Assembly: GCA_965219415.1 (NCBI GenBank) | Contig: CBDCNP010000002.1 | Location: forward strand, 704,001 to 768,000 | Length of the DNA stretch: 64,000 nucleotides | Source of the DNA: Candidatus Marinacidobacterales bacterium | Lineage (GTDB): Bacteria; Acidobacteriota; Vicinamibacteria; Marinacidobacterales; DATDRI01 | Direction of reading: 5' to 3' | In this document: piece by piece, positions 54,222-64,000 of the stretch | How positions within the stretch are numbered: the first letter of the stretch is position 1 | Layout of the letters: each line of letters opens with the position of its first letter | Notes under the pieces: generated by a model | Databases searched by the model: none | Seen by the model: the letters and a program-made list of their open reading frames with translations, nothing else | What the model was told of the DNA's origin: nothing | Position numbers and translations under genes: made by a program

Positions 54222-57200
54222 ATGTATCGCATTCATACTCGAGCCGTTCTCGTTGTCGGCTTAAGCCTCGGCCTTCAAGTCGGAGTGCCGGGGTCTGGTC
54301 TGGCAGGGCCAGAAGATAAGCTCAGCGAGTTCGACTTCCTTCTCTTAGGGCTATCGGTCCGTCCTGAGCCCGAAGTCCAGGTCGTCCCCGTTAATACCCC
54401 CACCGGCGTTCAGATCGCCATCGGTTTCGCGGACTCGAGCGCCGATGCGAGCGGCCTTCTTTCTTTGCTTCCTCCCGGGCTCGAGGTAGCGGCAGAGCTA
54501 GTCGGACCCGGGATCGAGACTCCGGTTGCGCTGCGAGGGCCGCCCGGGAAAGTTACTTCCGATTCCACCCCTCCTGACGCGTGGCCTCTTTCTCGTCCGA
54601 GACATCCGTCTCGAAAAGGACGGCACCACACTCATTAGAAGTACGCCCGACACGGCGACGATCGAAGTCATCGACCAAATCCTCATCACACAGGTCACCA
54701 CACGTCCCCTCACCCTCGAGGAGACTCGACAAAAGGGCATTTTGTTTGGTGACGATGATTTCACCGGATTCAATTTCACCATCGCCCTCAACCTGGAAAG
54801 CCGTTTGATTTCGCTCGACTTTCCCGTGGTCTTCGACTCCAACAACATCCCGGTCCCGATTCCAAACGCGCCCGACGTCAGGCTGAAGGGCCTCAACCTT
54901 CCGGGGTTGGGAGGCGTGGGGTTCGTGCCGATGATGCTCGATGTCGGGCTACCGGAGGGGACGGATATCATCAATCCACCCGAGCTCGAAGGCGTCAGTG
55001 TTCCGGGGCTGTTGGTGATTCCCGGGGAAGTCGGTTTTCTGAATCAGTTCTTCAGCGCCATCCTTCTGGTCTCGAACGGGGCACCCGGAGGTTCGGGATT
55101 AGTCGTCACCGATCTAGAGGCGACCATCGAGCTTCCCGCGGGTGACGATCAGGTGCCGGATACTGCCGACGATCCGCTGGAGATCGCGGAGACCGCGGCT
55201 GGCCGGGCCTCGACGATTCCGATTCGCGGATTGGGACCGGATGGTCAAAGCGGAACCGGAGACGACACGGATCGGTTCGCGTCCTCCGAGCAAGGCCAGG
55301 CGGAGTTCTTGGTCGAAGGACGTCGGGAAGGCTTCCACACCATCTCCTTCGACATCGATGGGATTTTGGAAGGCCTGCCGATTGGGCCGGTTCCCATCAG
55401 CGGTTCAGCGAAGGGTGGTGTGCTGGTCAGGAATCCCTTTTTCAATATGACGTTCACCGCGCCGTCGACGGTACGAACCGGTGAGGAGTTTTCTCTCTTC
55501 ATTACGGTGTCGAATATTTCGCAAGCGATCGCCAACGCCGTCACCGTCACGCTGAACCAGGCGAGTCTCGCCGGGGCGACACTCCTAGGCGATCCGGCGC
55601 AGGAGATCGAAACCCTGCTTCCGGGTGATTCGGAAGCACTCGAATACCGCTTCCGCTCCAATCAAACCGGACAAGTCACCGCATCCTACTTGAGGTTCGA
55701 CGGAACCGAGAGCACCGGAGACCTGCTCTTCACATTGGGCGTCGGTCCCCGTGGCGTTCCCTTGTCTCCCGATACGATCGTGCTTCCATCCACCGTGGAA
55801 GTGCTTCCCGATGCTGTTCTGATGGCCGCGCTTCGTGTGCTCGGCCAAGCTTGGAGCATAGCCACCGCCCCCGCGGGAACGATTCCCGAGGGAGTGACCT
55901 CGGTCTCGAAGACCGAGGTGTACGACCGTGCCAACGAGATAGCGGAAGCCGGATTCCGGGTTCAGATCGGCGAACCGCTCGACCGGGCTCTTCAAGGGCT
56001 TGCCTTCGAGTGGGTGAGTACCGATGCGCGAGGTTTCGAGGAGATCGTTCGAGAGACGAATGCCGGGCAAGCGTTCCTGAACGCGATCGGCGAGTCCCTA
56101 GCTTCTCCCGACACCATCACCGACTTCCATCGCGACGTCGCGCAAACTTCCTCCGTCGAGTCCGACCATATTGTGGTTGGTGTGGGCAACGGTTCGGGCT
56201 CTGCCCCCTTGACCTGGGAGGTAACCAGCGGGTTCGGCCGGACACTCGACGTAGGCGCCTCATCCGATTTGCCAAATGCCGCTTTCGTTCCGCTCGCCGG
56301 GACCGAGCCGCTCGATGCCGGCCGTGGTATTGCGTTGATTACTCGGCTGGACTCGTCGCGCTACGAAGTGTCGTGGACCGCGACCGGAACCGGTTCGCTC
56401 GATCTCACTTTGAGTGTGCCACGGCCCGGCAGTGGAGTCGGCTTTTACGTGTTCTCCGGTGTCGGTATCGAAGCTGGCGAGCAAGGGAAGGTCGTGCTCG
56501 ATTTTCCGATTAACGAGTCGATGCTAACGCTCTCGATCGATCGGGATGGTAACGGCATCTTCGAAGAGTCCGTCGAGTCGGCTCCGGGTTGAGATCATCC
56601 AAAGCTCCGGTCCCGAGCTTCTTGCCGCCACGGTCGTGGGTCCGGAAACGTTGTCCGGCGCCGATCCGTGGGGGCGTGTCGTCGCGCTTCTATTCGACAA
56701 AGAGGTGCGGGCAGTAGAGGCGGAGAGAGCCTCGAACTATCGTGTCGGGGAAAACGAAGTCCTGAGCGCCATCCGCCAGCTGTCGGGGCGCCTGGTGTTT
56801 GTGTTCTTGAGAGATCCAGTTGGGGACCTCGTCCCTCGCCAGGCCACCGTGACCGGACTCTTTGATTCGTCCGGCCAACCGATGATCCCTTTCACGGTGA
56901 GCCTCCCCATTACGTCGCGGCTCGTCGACCCCGGTGCCATCGTTACCGGCCGTGTGCTTCGGGCCGACGGGACTCCGTTGGGTGGAGCGCAGATCTTCTA
57001 TCTCAATTCCAGCCGTGGGGTCGGGTTGTTCGCCATCTCTGCCAAGGAAGTCGAGCCCGACGGAAGCTACGGTTTCGATTACGTGCGGCAGAGCCCAGAC
57101 GGCCCCTTCGCTATGCGGGCGATCGATCCCGATACCGGCAGCAGCCAAGAGCTCACGACGAGCGTTCGGACCAACCGCGAGCACATCGTTGTGGATCTGG

Positions 57201-58570
57201 TTCTGCTGGGGCGGGGTGGTGTCACCGGTACGGTGCGCGATCTGATCGGCGAACCAGTACCCGGAGCTCAGGTCCTAGTAACCAGCCAGGTCGATCCCGC
57301 GAGTTTCGCGCTCACGGAAACAGATGGCGAAGGCCGATACGAAGCGCCCGACATTGTGGTCGGCGCGGTCGCCGTCAAGGCCGTTTTCGGAACGTCCTCC
57401 GGTTGTGGCGGCGGGCAATATTCAGCGGGCTGGGACATTCACCGTCGTTGATGTCACCATCAATCTCAATGCGGGCCGCGTCAGCGGCGGCGTCTTCGAG
57501 CTCGATCCCGAGCTCGGCGCTCCCACGCCGGTCCCCATGATCGAGGTGCACTACCTCATTCCGAATCCCATTGCTCCAGGTGAGCTCGTTGCGGCAAGTG
57601 GAGAGACGGCGGGCGACGGATCGTTCGTGTTCGAAGACGTGCCGAGCGGCGCGTTCCGCATCCTGGCCATTGATCGCGTGATCGGCCGTTCGGAGTCGCG
57701 CCCCGGCACACTAGTGGCAGGGGAGGCGATCCCGGGCAGGGGAGGCGATCCCGGACTTCGACCTGTTCTTCTCGGTCGATGAGTTCGGGGCGGCGCAAGG
57801 AACCGTTCTGACCGCCTCCGGCGGTTTCGCGGTAGGGGCCCTTGTTACGGTCGCGGGGCGTCAGGTCTTAACCGGTTCGGACGGCAGCTTTCTGGTACCG
57901 AACATACCCGTAGGGTCACATACCGTCAGCGCGCGGCACCCCAGCACGACCCGCCAGGTCAGCACCCACGTGACGATCAACGCCCCCGCCGACATCGTCA
58001 ATGTTTCGCTCACGCTCCCCGGAGCGGGGCGGGTGGTGGTGACGGTTCTGGACACCCATGGCGATCCACTCGTGGGGCAGACGGTCTTTCGCTTGGCCGG
58101 CAGCCCGTGCGCGGGCATCCCCCAGGTGACCGACGGCGCCGGTATCGCCATCTTCGAGGAAGTTCCGGTTCCCGGCGGATCGTTCAAAGCCATCTTGGAT
58201 GACGATGTCGCCGAGGGCAGCGCCACCATCCAGCGTGAAGGTGATGCTGCGGCGCTCACGCTCCGATTTTCCGGGTTTGGAACCGTCAGTGGGACCGTCC
58301 TCGACGATCAGGGGGAGCCAGCGCTCGGCGCCACCGTCATTCTAGGTGCGAAACGCCTCGACCTTGGTCTCTGCACTTTCCTCCGTGACAGCAGGGCTGC
58401 CGCAGTCGAAACCGGACTGGACGGCACATTCGTGTTCGAACACATTCCGGTAGGCGTAGTGAGCGTCTCCGCATCGACCGTCTTCTTCCCGATCCCCGCT
58501 ACGGGGAGGGATAGTTTGCTCTTCGACGGAGAACTCCCGCGACTTCATTCTGAATCTGTCGTCTTCGATA
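54222..58570 (+). pseudogene. N-terminal part of a giant secreted protein with carboxypeptidase-regulatory-like repeats; several frameshifts, truncated
   Basis: Signal peptide and repeated G.VTG.V.D..G.P..GA.V...TD..G.Y/F units. Breaks near 54550, 56590, 57410 and 57750; abuts IS debris. Confidence 0.75.
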
Positions 58571-58629
58571 GCCGGAGAGACCGCTTTGAGCCAATCCTCA
58601 GCAGGAAGATGTTATATTCTGGAATAAGT

Positions 58630-58800
58630 GAAAACGCTGCCACTTCGCGACCTTGGGTTCTCAGGATTCGGTATACGGTCTTTCGATTCAACAAAGATAC
58701 CCGTCACGTCGCTTGAGCAGCGCCCACAGCCTTCGGTAACCGAAAGTGAAGTGCTCGAAGGCGAGCTCGCCAATCCGTCTCACCACAACGTGCAAGCTGG
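58630..58800 (-). mobile_element. IS3-family OrfB N-terminal remnant
   Basis: The minus strand reads VVRRIGELAFEHFTFGYRRLWALLKRRDG..., then KTVYRILR after a frameshift. Confidence 0.6.
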
Positions 58801-59023
58801 CATTGAGTTTCTCGCCGGTAAGCATGTAGCCAAGTTTCTTTCGGAACTGCTTGAGCTGAAAGTTCACATCGTCGACCCCCGAAACGGTGCGACCGGCTAC
58901 GAACTTGCCTTACTTACTCATGTTTCTTGGCTAATCGACTTCGACACAGGTGCGAGAGAGCTAAGCACGCTAAGGATTGTCGAATCCGTGCGTACGACAG
59001 CATTTCAGCGGATCTATAATCAA

Positions 59024-59240
59024 GGGGATGTCCCGGCCGCTGTTGAATTTGGTCGGGTAGCGACGGCACCTGTGAATACTCTTAGGCAGCAAACTCATCG
59101 CTGTCAAGAGATTTCTGTTTGCTTCTAAGCGCGTGAACGAGAGCGCCCATATGGCGATAGCCTTTGATACGCGGAACTCTTTCTGCGCGGTGACGACGCT
59201 AAGAGCGGTCCATCGGCGAACCATGGAAGGACTCTTCCAA
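59024..59240 (-). mobile_element. IS256-family 3' end remnant
   Basis: WKSPSMVRRWTALSVVTAQKEF then IKGYRHMGAL, matching the C-terminus of the IS256 transposase at 45003; possible IR GGGATGTCCCGGCCGCTGTTGAA. Confidence 0.6.
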
Positions 59241-59279
59241 CGCTTGAGGTTTCTCGATACTCTGCGAATGGTTCCGTTG

Positions 59280-59420
59280 TGACCTTGCCCAGGAAAAGTG
59301 GACAGGTTGATTATCTCGCATGAGCAGTTTTGAGGTCATGAATCCGTTCGAACAGCATTGAGCTGTTGTAATCGAGTGACGAGTGGAGTCGATACGGATT
59401 GTAGAACCTGTGCCTCCTAT
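59280..59420 (-). mobile_element. IS3-family 3' end remnant with terminal IR
   Basis: RFYNPYRLHSSLDYNSSMLFE followed by ...CTGTCCACTTTTCCTGGGCAAGGTCA. Confidence 0.65.
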
Positions 59421-59681
59421 ATATTCATCCGCGCGCACCGAACTTGATTAGTCTCCGGTCTGCCGGCTGTGCTCCGCAAAAACTCGATCCGTCGTTGATT
59501 TTGCAGTTTAGACCTGCCAGGATTGGCCGTTTCGCGGCGAACGGATGAAGTGACCCAATCGGTATGGTATGGTCAAGTTATTGAAAACCCGGCTGACCGA
59601 CCCTCAAGATGATGGGCTCGAGTTCTGTCGTGAGCCGGCCATGTTGGGGATCGGCCAGCCCGATTCTGCTTAACTTTAACA

Positions 59682-60920
59682 ATGCCCCTGACTATGCTCT
59701 GCCATATAGTCCTGCTGAGCCATTTGGCCCTTGTTCCTGCAGTATCCAGGACCCTCGAAGCCAACGACGACTGGCCTCAATGGCGCGGTCGACAGCGCGA
59801 CGGTCTTTCCCGTGATTCGAATCTACTCGACCAGTGGCCGGCCGGCGGACCGGAGCTCGTCTGGAAGGCCAGCGGGCTCGGCAATGGCTATTCGACTGTG
59901 TCGGTCGCGCGAGGCCGCATCTACACTCAGGGAGCCAGAGGTTCCCGCGAGTACGTGATCGCCCTGGAAGCGATCATGGGACGTGAGGTCTGGGCGAAGC
60001 CACATGGGCGGCGCTATCGCAACAGCCGAGGAGACGGACCGCGCGGTGCGCCGACGGTGGACGGCAACCGGGTCTACGCACTCAGTGGAAGCGGCGATCT
60101 ATCGTGCCTCGAAGCGGATACCGGAAAGATCATCTGGTCGGTGAACCTTCTTGAGACCTTCCGCGGGCGCAATATCAACTGGGGCATCAGCGAGTCTCCC
60201 CTCGTTCTCGAGGACCGTGTCCTCGTCAACGCCGGAGCACGAAATGCCTCGATCGTGGCACTCGACAAGAGGGATGGCTCCCTACTCTGGAAAACGGCCA
60301 GCGACGAGGCAGGGTACTCCTCTGCGGTCCGAGCCAACATCAACGGTGTCGATCAGGCGGTTTTCTTCACGGGCCAGCGTGGGGTGGGCGTTCGCATCAG
60401 TGATGGGCAAGTGCTCTGGTCATACCAACGCGTCTCCAACCGAACCGCCAACGTTGCCACACCGGTGGTGCGAGGCAACTACGTTTTCCTGTCTTCCGAC
60501 TACGGTACGGGCTGTGCCCTGCTCAAGATCTCCGGGGGCGCGGAGCAAATAACAGCCCGTGAGGTCTACTTCACCCGTGACATGCGCAACCACCACAGCA
60601 GCTCCGTTCTGGTCGGCGATACGCTCTATGGTTTCTCGAGCAGCCGTCTCCACGCTCTGAACTTCTGGACGGGCGAGCTGGCGTGGCGTGACCGCAGCAT
60701 CGGGAAGGGCTCTCTGGTCTTTGCGGACGGGCATTTGTACATCTTCAGCGAGAACGGAGTGGTGGGGCTCGTAGAGGCGACGCCGGTGGGGTACCGAGAG
60801 AAAGGTCGCTTCGAGATCCGAACCTCCAACAAGCCCACGTGGGCGCATCCGGTCGTGGCAAACGGCACACTCTACCTGCGCGACCAGGATACGCTTTACG
60901 CCTACGCCATCCGCAAGTGA
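59682..60920 (+). CDS. PQQ-like/BamB-like beta-propeller protein, secreted
   Basis: DWPQWRG, GYSTVSV, GPRGAPTV, WAHPVVANGTLYLRD. Confidence 0.88.
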   Translation: MPLTMLCHIVLLSHLALVPAVSRTLEANDDWPQWRGRQRDGLSRDSNLLDQWPAGGPELVWKASGLGNGYSTVSVARGRIYTQGARGSREYVIALEAIMGREVWAKPHGRRYRNSRGDGPRGAPTVDGNRVYALSGSGDLSCLEADTGKIIWSVNLLETFRGRNINWGISESPLVLEDRVLVNAGARNASIVALDKRDGSLLWKTASDEAGYSSAVRANINGVDQAVFFTGQRGVGVRISDGQVLWSYQRVSNRTANVATPVVRGNYVFLSSDYGTGCALLKISGGAEQITAREVYFTRDMRNHHSSSVLVGDTLYGFSSSRLHALNFWTGELAWRDRSIGKGSLVFADGHLYIFSENGVVGLVEATPVGYREKGRFEIRTSNKPTWAHPVVANGTLYLRDQDTLYAYAIRK

Positions 60921-61305
60921 CTTGCTGGCACGGGTCGATATTCCTAAAGGTCGGTGGTCTCCATCATCATCACACTCGACGCGCTGCTTGAGTCTGATCC
61001 GCTCGGAACGGCTGCGGGACTCCGCACCAGGTTACACCTCTGGCCCCTGAGTAGAGCCGACGCCGGCTCTTAAAACGTCCTACATGAAGACGACCAAAAC
61101 ATCCTGGTTGCAGGCAGTTTGCCAATCTCATACAGATCGAGTTTATGGAAGGGACCATCGGTAATCGTGATGGAGTGCACCAGGGATCGGCCTCGAGGCA
61201 ACGGTGCACTAGGCAGCGTTTTGGTCTACCCGGATCGTCTCCGATCACCCCGGGCTGCGGCGCCTCGGCCGCTGAGTTCACGGGGTGAGACAAGGAAGGC
61301 TAGCC

Positions 61306-62301
61306 ATGAAAATGGTTGTGACGGTATCTCTGTTGTTTCTTCTCGTTGCTGATGCGTTGATTGCCCAAGCTCAATCCAAAGGGGACGAGACGGACCCCTT
61401 CGTGGGGGCAACCATCATCGGTGAGAAGCAAGTGACCGCAGAGATCAGAATTACCGACATTCCCGAGAATCTCGCTCCGTTCAAGGAGGGTGGTTTTTCC
61501 AAGTACGTGAGTGTGTTCGGCGTGCACATCTTTGCCACGCCCGACGCACGAGACGAGAAGTTGCTACATGCGGCCAAGGTCATGGCCGAGTACTTAGATA
61601 ACGACTCCGACGGTGTGCCAGAAAACATGCTGGTGCTAAGCCATCTGGTAAGCCGCAACTCGTTCATCGTGTTTCCGAAAACGCCGGAAGAGCTGGAGAA
61701 CATGGATCACGATGCCTGGCGGAGCGCGGGATTCAACGCCGGGCAGTTGCTTTGGGACGAAGAAACGCACCCCGGATTCATGACCGACGGCGTGGTCAAT
61801 CGGGAGGTCGAGCAGGACGCAGCCCTCGAAGAAATCTGGCACCTTCTTTGCGATGCCGGTTGGTCGCCGGCCTACCCTGAAGCCTTTGCTCCGGAACCTG
61901 GGAGCGCGCTCGCCAACTGCATGGACAAGGCGCGCGGAGGGCGCTTCATGGAAATACCTACCGGGGGACCTAAGGCGGGGTATCCCGAAGAGGCCTGGTA
62001 TCACTACGACGACGAGACCTGTGATTACGGCTGTATGGCGGTCGAGTACATGTATTGGGGCACCACGTCCATCCTCGGAGCGCAGGAGTTCAACTCCGCC
62101 AACCGTCCCGAGAGCGGTGAAGGCCCGAGTCAAGAGTGGGGGGCCTATACGCCGGAGTTGATGCGCACGGTGGACCCATGTCTCTACGGATTGCTCACCG
62201 ATCCCAGGTACATGATCGCGACCAAGGCTCCCGAGGGGCGCTACACGCCGTCCGCGACGCCGACTATAATCGTCCCGCTCATCGCGGTGGACGAACGATA
62301 G
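61306..62301 (+). CDS. Secreted hypothetical protein, possibly zincin-like
   Basis: AAGGAAGG RBS, signal peptide, HAAKVMAEYLDND, AALEEIWHLL, YDDETCDYGCMAVEYMYW. Confidence 0.7.
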   Translation: MKMVVTVSLLFLLVADALIAQAQSKGDETDPFVGATIIGEKQVTAEIRITDIPENLAPFKEGGFSKYVSVFGVHIFATPDARDEKLLHAAKVMAEYLDNDSDGVPENMLVLSHLVSRNSFIVFPKTPEELENMDHDAWRSAGFNAGQLLWDEETHPGFMTDGVVNREVEQDAALEEIWHLLCDAGWSPAYPEAFAPEPGSALANCMDKARGGRFMEIPTGGPKAGYPEEAWYHYDDETCDYGCMAVEYMYWGTTSILGAQEFNSANRPESGEGPSQEWGAYTPELMRTVDPCLYGLLTDPRYMIATKAPEGRYTPSATPTIIVPLIAVDER

Positions 62302-62315
62302 ATAGGGGAATCGAG

Positions 62316-63050
62316 ATGTACAAATCCATATGCGTTGTCTTGCTGTGCCTCGTGGCCTCCAGCTCGAGCCTGTCGTTGCTGGTCCGCGCATCGACGATCG
62401 ACGATGCACGCTCGCTTTGGGAGATCTCATGCATGATCCGCAAGGATAAATTCGACTACGTGCTTCCCACCGCCATGCGCCGCAACCGCATCGACATGTG
62501 GATCGTGCTGGATCGTGGTCGCGGCACCGAGCCGATGGCGCGTGACTTCGGCATCGATACCGTCAACGGCCAAGGGATCTACATTTTCTTCGACCCAGGT
62601 GAAGGGCGTGTGGAGCGCATCCAGCTGGGACCGGAGACGGATATGGCGGAAGACTGTGGCGCGTACGACTCGTTCGGGAGAAGTACGGAGCTTCGCTCCA
62701 TCGTCGAAGAGCGCGATCCCAAAACGATCGCTTTGAACTTTCTCGCCGTGCCCAATACGCGTGAGGGTATTCACGTTGCCGACGGACTGTCTCACACCGA
62801 CTACCAGTTCCTTGAGAACGAGCTAGGCGAAAAGTACGCCTCCCGCTTCACCTCGGCACAGCATCTCATCGCGGACTATCACGGGGAGCGCGTCGCGGGT
62901 GAGATCATCGAGTTCTCCAAGATTGGAGATCTCACCCGTAGGGGCATCGAGCGCGCGCTTAGTAATGAAGTGATCACGCCGGGGCAGACGACTCTACAGG
63001 ACGTTTCCTTGTGGTTCCGAGCGACCAGAGAAAAACAGCGCAGCCCCTAG
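62316..63050 (+). pseudogene. Secreted M24 (Xaa-Pro peptidase-like) protein truncated before its catalytic domain
   Basis: LPTAMRRNRIDMWIV, IVEERDPKTIALN, DGLSHTDY, ALSNEVITPGQTT, then an abrupt end. Confidence 0.7.
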
Positions 63051-63100
63051 TGGGCATTGTCAAGTTTTTCACGGCCTGACGGCCACCCCGAATGAATGAA

Positions 63101-63330
63101 ACGCGGTAGTCTCTGGAGGTGGCACCGGCTCAGAGGTCGGCTCAACGTTGGTGCGACTGAGCCCGTTGTCAAGTTTGGCTGGGAGTCCTGCGCGTATCCA
63201 AAATTGCGTTTTCTATCCAGCTGGGATTGTTGAGCGCGTCTATTAGATTACAAGTTCGTGGGCTCCACGCCGGTGCGACGTGAAGGAGGCTGCGATGAGA
63301 GTGGTTCATAAGCGATGCGCCGGATTGGAA
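63101..63330 (+). mobile_element. IS110-family left-end remnant (non-coding end plus the first 12 codons of the recombinase)
   Basis: AAGGAGG, then ATG 63295 MRVVHKRCAGLE, resembling the IS110 N-terminus (..CAGLDVHK), with stem-loops upstream. Confidence 0.6.
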
Positions 63331-63684
63331 TGGTCCGCTGCTTCTGGCCGATCTTTTTTTGCGGATCACAAGAGATGAAAGCGGGAACAAACGACGAAAT
63401 CATGCCAGCACCGGTGCTTCCGCTATTAAGTGTTGGTGAGATGACGCTAAGACTTTACGCTGCATTAAATTACAGCCAAAATAGCGCTCACGACCTTCGC
63501 CGCACAGTAAATGGAGCGTAAGCGCCTATTTTGCAAAGGGATACGTACACATCACCAACAGCAAACAGCGCAAGCACCGCACAGGACGGGGTCCACGCAT
63601 GTGTCTGCCCGCTGCCGAAGTGACTGATACAATGGGACAATGCGACTCAACTCGCCGAGCTAATCGCCAAAGACAATCAATTCA

Positions 63685-64000
63685 GTGACTGATAACGACC
63701 GTGATGCCCAGATGCGAATGGCGGCTTTCGAACATGTTCGAGGACTGCACGAAGTCCACGATCAGCTAACCGCAAACGAGTTGAAACCAGGTTTTGTTTT
63801 CGACGGCGAGCGCATCCCGCTCATCAATCCGCAACGCGGTATTTTCAAGCCGCAGCAGATGCGATTCTTGCTTTCGATCAAGACCGTGTTCCCGAGACCG
63901 GGCGGCAAGATCTGGTACGACGATCAGCGCGATGTTCACCGCCAAATTTTCGAGGGTGACGAGACGGTGGATTACGCATTCATGGGAAAAAATCCAGAGG
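63685..64000 (+). CDS. Putative HNH restriction endonuclease, N-terminal part; runs off the window end
   Basis: Open frame ...MRMAAFEHV...GFVFDGERIPLINPQRGIFKP...LSIKT...WYDD...DYAFMG. The HNH motif itself is outside the window. Confidence 0.6.
   Translation, partial: MTDNDRDAQMRMAAFEHVRGLHEVHDQLTANELKPGFVFDGERIPLINPQRGIFKPQQMRFLLSIKTVFPRPGGKIWYDDQRDVHRQIFEGDETVDYAFMGKNPE

Noticed and set aside
58628-59128. 166-aa plus-strand ORF
   Set aside because: It overlaps IS3 and IS256 remnants on the opposite strand and has no motifs.
61180-61290. Integron attC-like site
   Set aside because: No paired RYYYAAC/GTTRRRY core sites and no integrase in the window.

Overview
A 64 kb, GC-rich bacterial chromosomal window, probably Acidobacteriota. 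This is inferred from the ADOP-type duplicated permease, several Hanks kinases with TPR or TolB-like tails, and giant secreted carboxypeptidase-regulatory-repeat proteins. Intact housekeeping or metabolic genes include the 5' part of dnaK, sppA, class II RNR nrdJ with tandem NrdR boxes, mtaB, lutABC, hinT, dppA, lctP and ppc. These alternate with accessory stretches full of frameshifts, in-frame stops and head-less gene fragments fused to neighbours. Mobile DNA comprises a complete ISL3 element (8-bp TSD, A7C slippery site), a frameshifted IS256, and IS3, IS256 and IS110 remnants. The most unusual items are: a DUF222-like HNH gene preceded by an AT-rich tract and a 20-bp tandem array; an IS110 left end that appears to keep a structured bridge-RNA-like region while the recombinase is cut after 12 codons; a DnaA-box-like cluster in front of a small RHH-like/Arg-rich gene; an RRM gene with a long leader and a probable AUU start; and a 2OG-Fe(II) oxygenase/ferritin-like di-iron gene pair. 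No rRNA, tRNA or CRISPR array was recognised. All calls come from reading the sequence; no searches were run.
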